The position numbers and the translations under genes are program-made. Below the pieces are notes generated by a model. The model saw only the letters and a program-made list of their open reading frames with translations. It was not told the origin of the DNA and ran no database searches. A stretch of DNA of 63,483 nucleotides, filler included, from Octopus bimaculoides (Eukaryota): the NCBI RefSeq assembly GCF_001194135.2. It is 6 parts of 6 records of this genome, joined end to end, with 100 filler letters (N's around TTAATTAATTAA, not from the genome) between each part and the next. Parts side by side here need not be neighbours in the genome. Positions count along the whole stretch, not along the records: positions 1 to 22,649 come from NC_068989.1; positions 22,750 to 42,634 come from NC_068982.1; 4 more parts are not named here. The stretch is one strand, 5' to 3'. Shown here in pieces: positions 9,961-24,205 of this stretch. Each line of letters begins with the position of its first letter. Position 1 is the stretch's first letter.

Positions 9961-10260
9961 TGGGAATAATGAACAAGGTGACCTTGTTGCAATTATAGCA
10001 AAATGACAACTTTTGATTTGGATACAAATAGATGATGTGAAGGCATTTAGAAAGGAAGACTGAATCACTGGTTCAATCCACCCTTTATATTCAGAATTAG
10101 CTCCCTTGTGCTCTATGCTAGTTTTATATATTTTCATGACTGCTGATTGGCACTGAATAGATGGAAGTCACAACTTCCTTTACATATTTTGCCTATGCGT
10201 GTGTGTGTGTTTTCTTTCAGATCTTGTCTGCTAATATTTATTGAGCTGAGGATTTTTGAA

Positions 10261-10321
<61 letters not shown>

Positions 10322-10559
10322 CTTCAAAAAAACAAAACAAAAAAAACCTATATATATTTGAAATAGTTATGTCTACATGTTATGAGGATTGATTTGGAAA
10401 TAAAATTAAATAAAAAAAAATATTTTTTCTTTTCGAAATGTGAAGGAAAATATCTATATATTTGAATATTTGTATTATAAAATTTTACATACATACACAT
10501 TCTTATGTGTATATTTACACTATAGAATGAATACATATGTATGTATGTATCTATATATA

Positions 10560-10603
<44 letters not shown>

Positions 10604-11229
10604 TATACATATTCATATGCATGTGTGTGTGTGTGTGTGTGTGTGTGCGTGCGCGCCTTATCCAGTATTATATTATGTTTATAAAAACAAAAACCGACTC
10701 CCTAAAAATCGATGCGCTACTTATATAAAGAATATATTTTAAAATTTAACCAAAATTTTTTAAACAATGCAAACAATTTTTTTGATTTATTTTGTTTGTG
10801 CTCTTACTGAGGAAATTCAGTTGTGTCAAATAAACTTTAACGATTATAAAAGAAATAATAGATCTGTTATTTACAAAAAACAATAGGAAAAAAAAAACGA
10901 AAACAAACGATGAACGATGATTCTTAATTGCGTTTTAATGTGAAGTAAAATAAAGCGAAGAGATAATGTTACTTTGTGACTGTTTCAAATCATTCCGTAA
11001 TTTTTTTGTGTTTGTTTTCTTGTTATTTGTGAAGATACGTTGGTCAGGTATATCTCTCTACCTGTAATTACTCACCTGTAATTATATTTCTCATTGTGTA
11101 CTGGAAATTATTGAAAATTTCTGGAGAAATTCATGTTTATAGATCATGTAGTGAGGGCTCAAGACTTTTGTTAATATAAAGAAGCATTGAATTAATGAAG
11201 TTGAGAGTTTAGGTGTTGGTAGGGCTGTA

Positions 11230-11372
11230 TGGGTAAGGAGTATGCTTCCCCAACCATGTGGTTCTGGGTTCAGTCCCTCTGCATGTCACCTTCAGTAAAT
11301 ATATTTTACTATATTCCTGGGCTGATCAGTACATGTGAGCAACTTTTCCAGATAGATGGTTTGTGGAAGTCC

Positions 11373-11443
<71 letters not shown>

Positions 11444-11950
11444 TGTGTGCGTATATATATATATATATATAAAAATGTACAGCACCTTGTGCAAGTGTCT
11501 TCCATTATAACCCTAGGCTCCTCTCCTATCAAGCTTCTCCTTTGAAGCTGTGTGAAATAAGAGATCTCTTATTTCAAAAATAAGCAAGGGTTAGTGGCAG
11601 GAAGTGGCGAGTGCTTTGCTGCCTTGTGCTTTCGAATAGGTTCCAGTGCATGACCCCTTAAAGAAGTGTCTTCGATGGAAGCTAAGCAAAAGCCCATCAA
11701 ATATGTATGTTTGTGCCTCATTGCTTAACAACCGGTGTTGGTTTGTTTATAACCATGTGACTTAGCAGTTCAGCAAAAATGAATGATAGACTACATACTG
11801 TATTATGATAATAAATACACATTAAGTATTAGATTAGAATAGAATATGTGCCATATTATGCTATCAAATTAATACAATATCAAGATAAATTCTGGGGTCA
11901 ATTTGACTAAACCCTCCAAGATGACCAGTTTAGTGACTGAGACCAGTAAA
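11230..11950 (+). mobile_element. Degenerate SINE family A copy or copies with internal (TG)n
   Basis: Head ggtaaggagtatgcttccccaaccatgtggttctgggttcagtccc; 3' part acaaccggtgttggtttgtt...cagttcagcaaaa...ggggtcaatttgact. Confidence 0.6.
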
Positions 11951-12744
11951 AGATTAAGAGAATTTTGCTAAGACAAACTCAAGAGCAAAACAGTGCATAA
12001 AATTGTGAAATTCTGTGCATATTTTTTACCACCTTGGGTCCATGTGTATAAAATTTATTCTTGAAAAAATGGTTCTTAAAATACAAAATTGTGTTTATTT
12101 CTGGGAAAGAAATTTAATATTTATATATAAGAAAAAATATGTAAATTCTTAAAGAGTTTGCTTCAGTAATTCTCAGAAAAATGGGAAAAAAACTAGTAAA
12201 AAGCATTTGTTAAAAGTGAATACACATTTATTTCTAGAAAAATATACATTTGTTGCAAATAAGAATGCCGTTTGTGTGATGTGTCTTGAGAACCAATATA
12301 CCAAAAGTGAATCATTTCACATTCTCTTGAATGTTTATGAAATTCTTATGATGTCATCAATATTTGGAGAAATGATTTTGATATTTCTAAAATTTAGAGG
12401 AAAAAAAAAAAAGAAATCCACTATTTCTAGAAGGAAAATGCAGTAGTTGCGTAAAAAATACAAAACATGGTTTCTCCAAGTGTGTTGTTTTATCTTTACG
12501 TAGCTGAAACTCTGTCATCCATGTTAGAAATTAAACACAAAGGTTTGTGGTGTGCGATGCTCAAATTTTGAGCCATAGTTTGATTAGCTGGATGGGCATG
12601 GTATAATAATTCACAAATTGAATTTAGAGCTTTCACTTGAATTAATGAAACACAACAAACATATTTGTATAATAATTCAGCCAACCCGTAAATTAAATTT
12701 TTCTTCCTCTCTATTAGGCTCACTTGAGGTTCGTTTGGGGGTCA

Positions 12745-13075
12745 TCATCGTCATCGTTTAACGTCTGCTTTCAATGCTGGTATGGGTTGGATGGTTTGAC
12801 AGAAGGACTGGTGAGCCAGAAAGCTGCAGCAGGCTCAAATCTGATTTGGCAAAGTTTCTACAGCTGGATGCCCTTCCTAACACCAACCACTCTGCGAGTG
12901 TAGTGGGTGTTTTTACGTGCCACCCGCACGAGGGCCAGTCAGGCAGTTCTGGCAACGACCACACTCAAAAGGTGTTTTTTTTACATGTTACTTGCATGGG
13001 AGCCAGTCCAGCTGCACTGGCAACGATCTCGCTTGAATGTTGTTTTCCACGTGCCACCAGCACATGTGCCAGAAG
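12745..13075 (-). mobile_element. RTE-type LINE 3' UTR and tail; further tails at about 15555-15612 (+), 18342-18435 (-), 19270-19410 (-), 19930-20155 (-), 45535-45620 (+), 47000-47122 (-)
   Basis: Conserved end ccaacccatgccagcatggaaagcggacgttaaacgatgatgat with (ATG)n tail; the same end terminates the RTE copy at 43795-45430. Confidence 0.7.
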
Positions 13076-13297
13076 TAAATATAACTACCACAGTGAAGTA
13101 GCATCTTGTTCTCACTTTGAACGGTGCTCCTTAATACTGACGAATGCCAGCCCAGCTCCTCCAAAAATGGAAACCCTCACTGCCATCTTTTGGTATTGAG
13201 AAGACAAAATATTTTGTATTCATACAATTCTTTTCTTCTCCCTGTTGATGTTAGACAAGCTTTAGAAGTTTAAAACCATTTCAATTTCCTTATTAAA

Positions 13298-13670
13298 CAT
13301 GGCCGTGTGGTTAAGAAGCTCATTTTGCAACCACATAGTTCCAGGTTCAATCCCACTGTGCAGTACCTTGGGCATTGTCTTGTACTATAGCATGTGGGTG
13401 ATCAACGTCTTGCCAGTGAAATTGGAAGATGGAGACTGTGCTGAAGCTTGCCATGTGATATATGTTTCTATGTGTATCTGTGTCTGTCACATCACCACCA
13501 CATAAACGGTGTTGGTTTGTTTACATCCTGTAATTTAGTGGTTCAACAAAAGAGTCTGATAGAATAAATATGAAACTGAAAAGCTATGGAGTCAGTGTGT
13601 TTGATTAAAACTTTTCTAGGTGGTGCCCCAACATGGCCACAGTCCAACGACTGAAACAAAAGATAAAAGA
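13298..13670 (+). mobile_element. SINE family A, full length, CpG-decayed
   Basis: atggccgtgtggttaagaagc head through ggtgccccaacatggccacagtccaacgactgaaac tail. Confidence 0.8.
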
Positions 13671-15144
13671 TGGCATTTTTCCTCCATCACCCTCCTGCAT
13701 CCTATGTGAAACACTTTCTGATCATTGAACTTGTCCACTTTCTTTCCAGCTTACTGAAAACCTATCAGTCTCGCAATGTCTGTCTCTGCCACTCACTGCA
13801 TTGGTCACTGAGAGCCATCGCTTGTTCATTTACTGGCCATTTTCTCATGTTAGCTTTGGTCAAACTGGGGCATCTCTGTGACAGCATTTTATGGCTTGGT
13901 GCCATTGTTGTCAACAACCCTTGACCTGCTTTTCAAGTAAAGGATTTTATATTCACAGAACAACCGACCATAATGTCTACACGAACTGTAGCCATTACAT
14001 AATTGTTTCCCTCAGACAATATCAAGTCCCAGAATGTCAATATTGCACATGCGAGTACTTGCACATGTGTGCACATACTCACAAAAACATACATATAATA
14101 TATAAGATGTGCTTCTGTTTCCAAGTTGTTTCTGCCTACCAACTCTGCTCAGAAGAGATTAGTTAATCTGGCACTCAATCAGTTACAATGATGTTGGTTC
14201 CAGTTGATCCGATCAACGGAACGGCCTGCTCATGAAGTTAATATGCAAGTGGCTGAGCACTCCACAGACACACATACCCGTAATTTAGTTTTTAGGGATA
14301 TTCAGCATGATGCAGGACGTGACAAGGCTGGCCCCTTTGAATTACAGGTATAATTCATTTTTGGCGGCTGAGTAGACTGAGACAATGTGAAGTAAAGTGT
14401 CTTGCTCAAGGACACAACAAGCTGCTGGGAATTGAACTCTGGATCTCCTGATTGTAAGCCAAATCCTGTAACCAATGAGCCATGTTCCGTCACACTTAGT
14501 TAAACTAGGGTAGAGTAGAGTACACTTGCCCAAGGTACGCTGTAGTGAAACTGAACCTGAAACCATGTGATTCAGAAGTGAAATTCTTAGCCTCACTGCT
14601 ACGTCTGTACTTATGTATTAAATTTTAAAAAGTGAGTGGGGGGGGGATCCCCTATCGCAGAGCAAACACCTAATACTTCTGCAAAATTAAGGCCTATTCC
14701 CTCCAGTTTAACACGAAGGAGAAGACAAGAAACAATTGATACAGTTTTAAGTGAAAAATTGAAAAAACGAAAAAAAATCTCTCCCATCAGGGATTGAACT
14801 TAAGATGCTACTGTCACACAGACCAGCCTTAATGCAACTGTGTTAATAACAAAACCTAGCATAAACCCTCGCAACCACGAGTGACGCTGCTTGTATTTGT
14901 CACAAAATTAAAGTATTTATTCCTCATAATTGTAAAAAAAAAAAAATGTGTGGGAGATTGACAAAGGAATATTCTAGACAATTCACACTCACACACGTTC
15001 TCTTTATGACTTTTCTATTTTATAACTGCATTCTAGTCCTCATGTTTTGTTCTTTGTTCAAATTTACTGTTTTTTTTCTCTCACCAATGTATACATCTCT
15101 CTGTGATACACATTGGTAACACCTCTCTCTCTCCCTCTCTCTGT

Positions 15145-15196
<52 letters not shown>

Positions 15197-15227
15197 ATCT
15201 ATCTATCAACCTGTATATATATAAATG

Positions 15228-15430
15228 AAGGCGGTAAACTAGCAAAACTGTTAGCATTCTGTCCATCTTTGCATTCTGAGTTCAAATTCCACCAAAGTCG
15301 ACATTGCCTGTCATTCTTTGCAGGGGGTGGGGGCCAATAAAATGAGTACCAGTCAAACCCTGGGGTCGATGTAATCAACTTACCCACCTTCCTTGAAATT
15401 GCTGGCCTTGTGCCAAAACATGAAACCAAT
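15228..15430 (+). mobile_element. SINE family B; another + copy at about 35225-35440
   Basis: aggcggtaaactagcaaaactgttagc...ttctgagttcaaattcc...aaattgctggccttgtgccaaaa. Confidence 0.8.
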
Positions 15431-15432
15431 AT

Positions 15433-15480
<48 letters not shown>

Positions 15481-15784
15481 ATATTCAGTAGACTTCTGTG
15501 AAGTTTCTACCCATCAGATATCATTCGTAGGGAATCAGTCGAACTAAGAGTACAGTTCCTGTCAACCCATCTGACCCATGCAAGCATGGAAGATGGATGT
15601 TAAACGATGATGGTGGATTTTGCCATTGTTAAGCTGGTACTTGCAAAACTTAATATAAATTTTGAGGGAAGATTTGAAGGTAAAACCCTTTAAAAACTAG
15701 AAGTATGTGTTGTAAGCTCATGAGTGGTGTCAGGTGTGTTGCTATGGAAAGGGTTAATAATCCTTTCCAGTGGAGGGATGAGGG

Positions 15785-16700
15785 CTCAGATTTGTGGGGA
15801 GGGCAATAGTCGATTGCATCACCTCCCCCAGTGTTTCACTGGTACTTAATTAGTCGACCCTGAAGGGATGAAAAGCAAAGTGGACCTTAGTGGAATTTGA
15901 ACTCAGAATATGAAGACAGACGAAATACTGCTAAGCATTTCGTCCAACATGCTAACAATTCTGCCAGTTTGCTGCCCTTAGGAAGGGTTAATAATAATAA
16001 TAATAGTAATGGTTTCAAATTTTGCCACAAGGCCAGCAATTTTAGTGGGAGGGCATTCGTTGATTACATTGGCCCCTGTGCTCTACTAGTATTTCTTTTG
16101 TTGATCCCTAAAAAGAACTTGGTAGAATTTTGAGCTCAGAATGTTGTGTAAAACAACGAAAACAAAACAAAAAAAAGCTAGAAGAAATGTCGCTAAGCAT
16201 TTTAACCGATGCACTAACAATTTTGCTGCTGATGATGATGATGATAATGGCTTCAAATTTTGGCACAAGGCCAGCAATTTCAAGGGTGGGGTAAGTCGAT
16301 TGCATTGACCTCAGTGTGCAGCTGGTACTCAATTTTGTCGGCCCTGAAAGGCAAAGTCGACTTTGGCTAAATTTGAACTTAAAACATAGACATGGATGAG
16401 ATGCTGCTTAGCAATTTACTCTGGATGCTAATGGTTCTGTTAGCTTGCCGCCTTAATGATGATGATGATGATTATGATGGCTTACATTGGCAAAATGCCC
16501 ACAAATTTGAAAGGGAAAAGTTTAGCCGAAGACCTTCCCCAGCACATAACTGGTACTTTATTCTTTATCAACCATGGAACATTGAAATGCAAAGTTGTAC
16601 CCATTCCTCCATCTCTGTGGGGTTCGACTCGAAATATTGGAAAATCTTCACCAAATACCATCCAGTTTTGGCGCTTGCTTCTTTCTGCCACACACCGATT
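15785..16700 (-). mobile_element. Head-to-tail array of four SINE B copies
   Basis: Units at about 15785-15980, 16010-16230, 16248-16454, 16478-16690, separated by (AAT)n or (GAT)n spacers. Confidence 0.75.
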
Positions 16701-17539
16701 CTCTTTTATTGTTGACGGTGATGGTGATGATGATGATGATGTTGCTAATCCAAAGAAACAAAATTTCCTGCATGTTTTCAATTCTCAAGTAAAGTTTTTT
16801 CAGAACAAATTAGGACCAGAGAATGCGGGAACCCTTGCGAAATCCTGTTAGAGGTAAGGGGCCAATACGTTCAACATTTGCTATCTGGGTGCTTAACTTT
16901 TAATTTTTTTTTTCTTCATCATTTAATTTCATTTCATTTCTCATCTAATATCAACAAAGTTATTATAATTAATATTATTATTATTATTATCATTATTATT
17001 AGTAGTAGTAGTTGTAGCATTATAAAAATATTAATAGCGTGAATACAAATAATAATAATATTAATAATATTAATAGTGCTAATAATAATAATAATAATAA
17101 TAATGATGATGATAATAATAATAATAATAAATAATAAAATTTTCTTGTAAGGTCCTTTAGATGATATAAATAGGGAAATGTAGTGTGTCCCCCTCCTTAT
17201 CTCTCTGGTTGCATGGGGATAATCTGTACTAATTTTGTTTAGCCCTGACCATTAATCCCTGCTCCACCTCCTCTCATTGGTTTGGTGTCTGTTTCAATTC
17301 TTGGTGTTGGTTACCCTACAACTGTAGGGGTTTCTTACCCGTTTGTTTATCAGCTCATGGCCCCTTCTCATAATCATGCGTAAAACTAGTTTTGAAAGGG
17401 ATTTTCTGGATTTTGTGTAGCCTTTCTTTATTGTGAATGTATGTCTTTGTATATATGTGTATAAATATGTATCTACGTATATACTTATGCATATGTGTGT
17501 GTTTGTGTGTAAATGTATGTATACGTGTGTGTGTACATT

Positions 17540-17600
<61 letters not shown>

Positions 17601-17912
17601 ATGTGTGTATATATATATATGTGTGTATATATATATATATTAGATATGTGTATATGAAATATTTAATTCATACTCATTAGTCTGACAAAATACGTATTGT
17701 TTCACCTATGGGTGTTGGGGAACTACAAAACAATATTTATTGCGGCTAATTTATAAGATATGCCAAGGAGAGAAATAAAAAAATTATACATACATATAAA
17801 TATGTGTGTGTGTGTGTGTATATATGTATGTGTATATATGTGTATATATATATATGTATGTGTATATATGTATATATATAAATGTATTTGTGTATATATA
17901 TGTATGTGTATA

Positions 17913-17953
<41 letters not shown>

Positions 17954-18580
17954 ATATCTAGATAAACTTACTTGGACCCTCCATGTTTGTTTTCGTTCAA
18001 TTTCCTTGTATGTCTCCACTGTCCTATTTTTGTTACCAACTCTGACCCTCCGCAAATCCCAAATTATATTTTGGGTCACAGGAGCAACTGCTTTCAAAGT
18101 CTTATATTGTCATTCAATGCTCAAAATAAGGAGTAGAAGGACAGCCGACAACTGATGAAGGGTCGTTCTTTATGTTACTTGTCTTGTTCTCCATTTGTTT
18201 GTCTCGTTGTTTGTGTACCCAACTTTATTTTCGTATTTCATGTTGTTTACGTTTTGTGACGTTCTGTACCTGTATATGCATATCTATATACATATGTATA
18301 TATGTACATATATGTATGTTTATATGTATATATATATATATCATCATCGTTTAATGTCCGCTTTCCATGCTGGCATGGGTTGGATGGTTTGAACCAGGAC
18401 TGGTGAGCCAGATGGCTGCACCAGGCTCCAATCTGATATATATATATATATATATATGTATATTTATATGTGTATGTATATGTGTATATTTATATGTGTA
18501 TATACATACATGTATATATATATATATGTATGTATGTGTATATGTATGTATGTATGTGTATATGTATGTATATATATATA

Positions 18581-18923
18581 AGATACTGCAGCAGCCTCGG
18601 TTTCAGAGGACCTCAGCTCTTCAATGCCCTGCCAAAACATTTGAGAGACCTGCAAGACACGGATGTGGAGGTCTTCAAGACAAAACTCGACGCTTTCCTC
18701 TCCACCATACCAGACGAACCAATGGCTCGGAATGAGACACAGTTTAGGGCAGCGATGTCAAATTCTCTTATACACCAGATGTGCCATCAAAACTCTTGAT
18801 TGGACTATATCAGGTGCAGGAGAAGAGCCATGCAAGGAACGTGAAGAGAGCAAAGCAAAAAGACAGAAAATCACGGTGGTGCTCCAGCATGACCACAGCC
18901 ACTTGGCTGAAACCTATAAATAA

Positions 18924-18930
<7 letters not shown>
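18581..18930 (+). mobile_element. CR1-clade LINE 3' end
   Basis: Encodes YCSSLGFRGPQLFNALPKHLRDLQDTDVEVFKTKLDAFLSTIPDEP...RAAMSNSLIHQM, typical CR1/L2 ORF2 C-terminus, then a 3' UTR and (TAAA)n tail. Confidence 0.8.
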
Positions 18931-18985
<55 letters not shown>

Positions 18986-19420
18986 AAATAAATACAATGA
19001 AATTTATTGAAGATTATTGCTGTGAGGAATAAGAATCTAATCGAAAAGCAGAATGCTTAGCAGTGCTTCATGATGATCCTTAACATTCTGAGTTCAAATC
19101 CTTGTGGTGTCAATTTTGCTTCTCATCATCCTGGGGCTGACAACTTAAGAAAAGGTTTTGCGTGAAACTGCTTTTTGCCTTTTTGCTCTAAATTTGGGGT
19201 CGTTTGCCAATAATCTAAGAAATCATTTTATACAAGTCACACACAAACACACACCACTATCATCCTCATCATCATTCTCATTTAACGTCCGTTTTCTATG
19301 CTAGCATGGGTCGGACAGTTTGACAAGAGTTGGCATGGCAGAAGACTGCACCAGACTTCTCTGTCTGTTTTGGCAGGGTTTTTATGGCTGGATGCCCTTC
19401 CTAACACCAANNNNNNNNNN

Positions 19421-20164
19421 TATTCTTTGTAAGCCTAGTACTTATTCTATTGGTCTCTTTAGCCGAACCGTTAAGTTATGGGAAAGAAACACATCAGCAT
19501 CAGTTGTCAAGTGATGTTGGGGGACAAACATACACACACGCAAACATACACACATGCATATATATATACATATACACACACACACACATTGGGCTTCTTT
19601 CAGTTTCCATCTACCAAATCCACTCATAAGGGTTTGATTAGCCTGAACCTGGAACCATTTGGCTTTTGTGCATACATATTTTATTATTTTTCAAGAAGCT
19701 ACAGAATTGACTCAGGAGATGATAGTTTTATGCATGTGACTTATTTAAAAATCTTTTAGTTTAGTTTGACGAGTGCCATGCATGAAATCTTCGGTTTATG
19801 AGTCAGTTCTGTAACTTTCTGTTGATTAAAAAAAAATGATTGAAAAAAAAAAATCAAAAATGATGCAAACATGTGTATGCATCATCATCATCACCATCAC
19901 CATCTTCATCATCATTATATTCACCATCATTGTCATCATTTAATGTGTTCTTCTCCAGGTTTGCATGGGTTGTCTGGAATTTGTTGATGTAGATTTTCTA
20001 CAGCTGGATGCTCTTCCTGTCAACAAACCTCACCTGATTCCAGGCAGGATGATATCCCCCTCCTTAGCCAGACATGTTTTTCATGGAAAACTGGAAATAA
20101 ACAACATCGCTTGTATGACAGTAATGCTCATTTACAACTTTCACATAATGCCAAGACAAGGGTA

Positions 20165-20201
<37 letters not shown>

Positions 20202-21300
20202 TTATTTACTTGGTCGATAATATGATGTATTACTGTGCATCTGACTGACTGGGTCAGCATGGAACTTAAACCAACGAATGATGTTACTTACAGAAACATC
20301 ACTATACTCCACATCATATATTGAGTACTTTCTCATCTTTAATATAAACAGTGTGTCTGTGCATGTGTATGTGTGTAGTTGAAGATGAATGAAGGTTATA
20401 CAATATGTGTGCAGATTTTATGTCTTTGACTTGTTTTGGTGATTGGACTGTGGCCATGCTGGGGCACCACTTTCAAGAGTTTACTGAAGCGAATCTCCAC
20501 TAGTATATGTATTTTTTAAAAGTTTGGTACTCGTTCTATCTTGTCTCTTTTGCTGAACTGTTAAGTTACAGGGATGTAAACAAACCAGCATCGATTGTCA
20601 AGCAATATGGTGGGGGGATAGACGAACACAAAGTCACACCGACCCACTCACATATGGATATATATGTATACATACACACACACATAATGGGCTTCTATAC
20701 AGTTTCTGTTTAGTACATTCACTCACAAAGTATTGGTCTGTTTGAGGCCGTAGAAAACATTTGCTGAAGGTGCTGTGCCATGAGATTGAACCTGAAACCA
20801 TGTACAATCTACAGGCACATTGGAGCCCAAAGCTGGGGACTGTCTGTAATTTGATGAAACAGTCCTGCATTCAGTGTCTGAGCATTTCTGACTTGGGTGA
20901 GGTACAGGCCAGCAGTTTTTGGGAAGCAGGCGAGTTGATTACATTGACTCCATTATTGACTTAGTACTTATTTTGTTGACCCCTAATAAGATGAAAGGCA
21001 AAGTTGTCCTTGGTGCTATTTGAACCCAGTTCATAAAGATCTTGGAGAATAATACTGCTAAGCATTTTATCTGACATGGTAATGGTTCTTTCAACTCCCA
21101 ACCTTGGCCCGTTTATAACAATGCTTTGTATTATAGACATGAGGCCTGAAATTTAGGGGAGGTAGTACTTAATTTATTGACTCTGAAAGGATGAGGGGCC
21201 AAGCTGACCTCAGTGGCATTTGAACACAGAACGTAATAAAGACGGGTGAAAAGTCTCTAATCATCTTGTCTGGCTTCTAACGATTCCGCCATTTCACCCA
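19421..21300 (-). mobile_element. Cluster of SINE A (about 19421-19640, 20425-20810) and a SINE B pair (about 20920-21300)
   Basis: Family motifs as above, all on the minus strand. Confidence 0.7.
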
Positions 21301-22392
21301 TTTTGTAAAAAATAACTAAAAAGTTATCAGAGAAAATAGAAAGAGACAAAAATAGATTTTTTTAAAAATGGTATTTAAGCATTTGTTCCAAATTTCTATC
21401 AGGATTCTCCAACTTCTGAGAAACTCTGTCTTTTAGGGATCCCCAAAAAATTTTTGTTCCTCATTTTTCTGGCCCTTCCCTGTTTATTTTATTATATTTA
21501 TTAAGCAACAGTTACAAGTAGCTAAGTCGTTAATTAGCCCCTCCTCTTTCTATTCCTTTAATTAGGTGATGGTGTTTAGATTAATTAATTACAACATATA
21601 GCTTCTTTCTCTCTCTCTCTCTCTCTCTCTATGCTGGTGTTGGTGTTGTTTATGTTGATTGTGATGATACTTGTTGTTGTTTAATAACGACATGATCCTT
21701 GATTTGGCTGACCGATGGTCAAAGGCATTCCAGTTGTGACCATCACTTTCTTTATTTTTGGTAAACTAAAAAGATTGTTTTTCAGACATAGCATATCTAG
21801 GACTACATTATCCAATGTGTCCTTCTTTTAGTAAGATATTAGGGTGAAGATTGAGAAAGATTTGGTTACTATTTCTAGCAGATTGAGTGACCTCATAATC
21901 TGTTTGTCCATCTCCCTTTATTTTTCTGTCTTTCTCTCTGTGTGTCTGTCTCTTGTTCTTTATTTTTCTTTGTCTGTCTGTTTGTCTCTCTTTGTCAGTC
22001 TCTCTCTTACTTCCTCTCTTCTCTCTCCCTCTCTCCCAATGACACTCCTACTGAAGTCAGCAGTGTTAGGCACTGTTTTAATTAATATTTAACTTGATTG
22101 GAAAATATTTTACAGTTAATCAACTTTACCTGTATACTGGGGGTTGTTGTGGGGTGGGGGTTTAAAAGAAACCATGTTTAAATGTATTTTGTTTTATCCG
22201 TTCATATCCATTAGTCTCTCTCTCATTTGCTAATCTCTCTCTCTCGCCCTCCTTCTCGTGTATTTAATCTATCTTCTCTCTTGTACATTTTACTTTCTTT
22301 GTCATGTATTTGGCCCTTCCTCTATCCATTTATCTCTCTCTCTTTCTGTTCATCTCTCCTTCTTTCTCTGTCTCCCTCACACACACACACAT

Positions 22393-22425
<33 letters not shown>

Positions 22426-22427
<2 letters not shown>

Positions 22428-22649
22428 ACCTTAGAGTCAACCTAGCTAAAACCAAAATCCTAATAAGTAGGAAGGTAGATAAAACACAAACCCCTTCAGG
22501 TAGATGGCCCTGCTCAGTATGTAGAAAAGGAGTAGGTAGTAACTCTATAAGATGTACCCGGTGCAAGCTATGGACACATAAGAGGTGCAGCAACATCAAA
22601 GGCAGGTTAACTAGCAAGTTAGTTTTTGTTTGTGGCAGATGTTCAGGTG
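22426..22649 (+). mobile_element. RTE-clade ORF2 fragment with PHD-like C4HC3 finger, cut by an assembly gap
   Basis: Open frame LRVNLAKTKILISRKVDKTQTPSGRWPCSVCRKGVGSNSIRCTRCKLWTHKRCSNIKGRLTSKLVFVCGRCSG; L.VN..KTK is the post-RT motif of non-LTR ORF2. Confidence 0.8.
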
Positions 22650-22693
22650 NNNNNNNNNNNNNNNNNNNNNNNNNNNNNNNNNNNNNNNNNNNN

Positions 22694-22705
22694 TTAATTA
22701 ATTAA
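22694..22705. other. Artificial six-frame-stop gap linker TTAATTAATTAA; also 42679-90, 50169-80, 60141-52, 61895-906
   Basis: Identical 12-mer embedded in N runs at five sites (44 N on each side at the site counted). Confidence 0.95.
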
Positions 22706-22749
22706 NNNNNNNNNNNNNNNNNNNNNNNNNNNNNNNNNNNNNNNNNNNN

Positions 22750-23076
22750 CCGGTTAATTTTTGTTCCTGTTACCGCTTCGTATTCTTTTAGTCTCTCACC
22801 GACCAGCTCGATGTGCTTTTGGCTCGACACTATGACGGTGACGTCGTCCGCGTATGCAGACACGCTCGTCCCACATCCCAGCTCTCATGGGATGTCCCTC
22901 AGCGTCGCCAGCTTCCGCAGTAGAGGCTCAAGAGTCAATACATACAGAAGGGCCGAGAGGGGGCATCCTTGACGAACCGAACGCATGATGCCGAAGGGTC
23001 TGGATAGATGACCGTTTACGCAAACTACCGAGCGGATGCCGCTGTATAAGGCAGCGATCCAACCGCGGAAGACGGG
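22750..23076 (-). mobile_element. L1/Tx1-clade reverse transcriptase fragment, not in the ORF track
   Basis: PVFRGWIAALYSGIRSVVCVNGHLSRPFGIMRSVRQGCPLSALLYVLTLEPLLRKL...IP*ELGCGTSVSAYADDVTVIVSS...KEYEAVTGTKINR: RQGCPLS, YADD and KIN motifs, one TGA stop. Confidence 0.9.
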
Positions 23077-23169
23077 AGATTGTGCTCTTGGATCTAGAGA
23101 TTTTGATTGCTTTCATCCTACTTTTTTATGACCTAACTTCGATCCTAAGTAAAATATCAGGAGAATTTC

Positions 23170-24205
<1,036 letters not shown>

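Noticed and set aside
14868-14894. Helitron-like 3' end (ctcg/cgag hairpin then CTTG)
   Set aside because: Only a 4-bp stem, terminus is not CTRR, and no 5' TC end identified.
16804-16853. Candidate next exon (tttcAG ... GAG|GTAAGG, EQIRTRECGNPCEILLE in phase 1)
   Set aside because: Good splice sites, but the peptide is not coiled-coil and does not resemble the expected downstream PCNT/AKAP9 sequence; needs RNA-seq.
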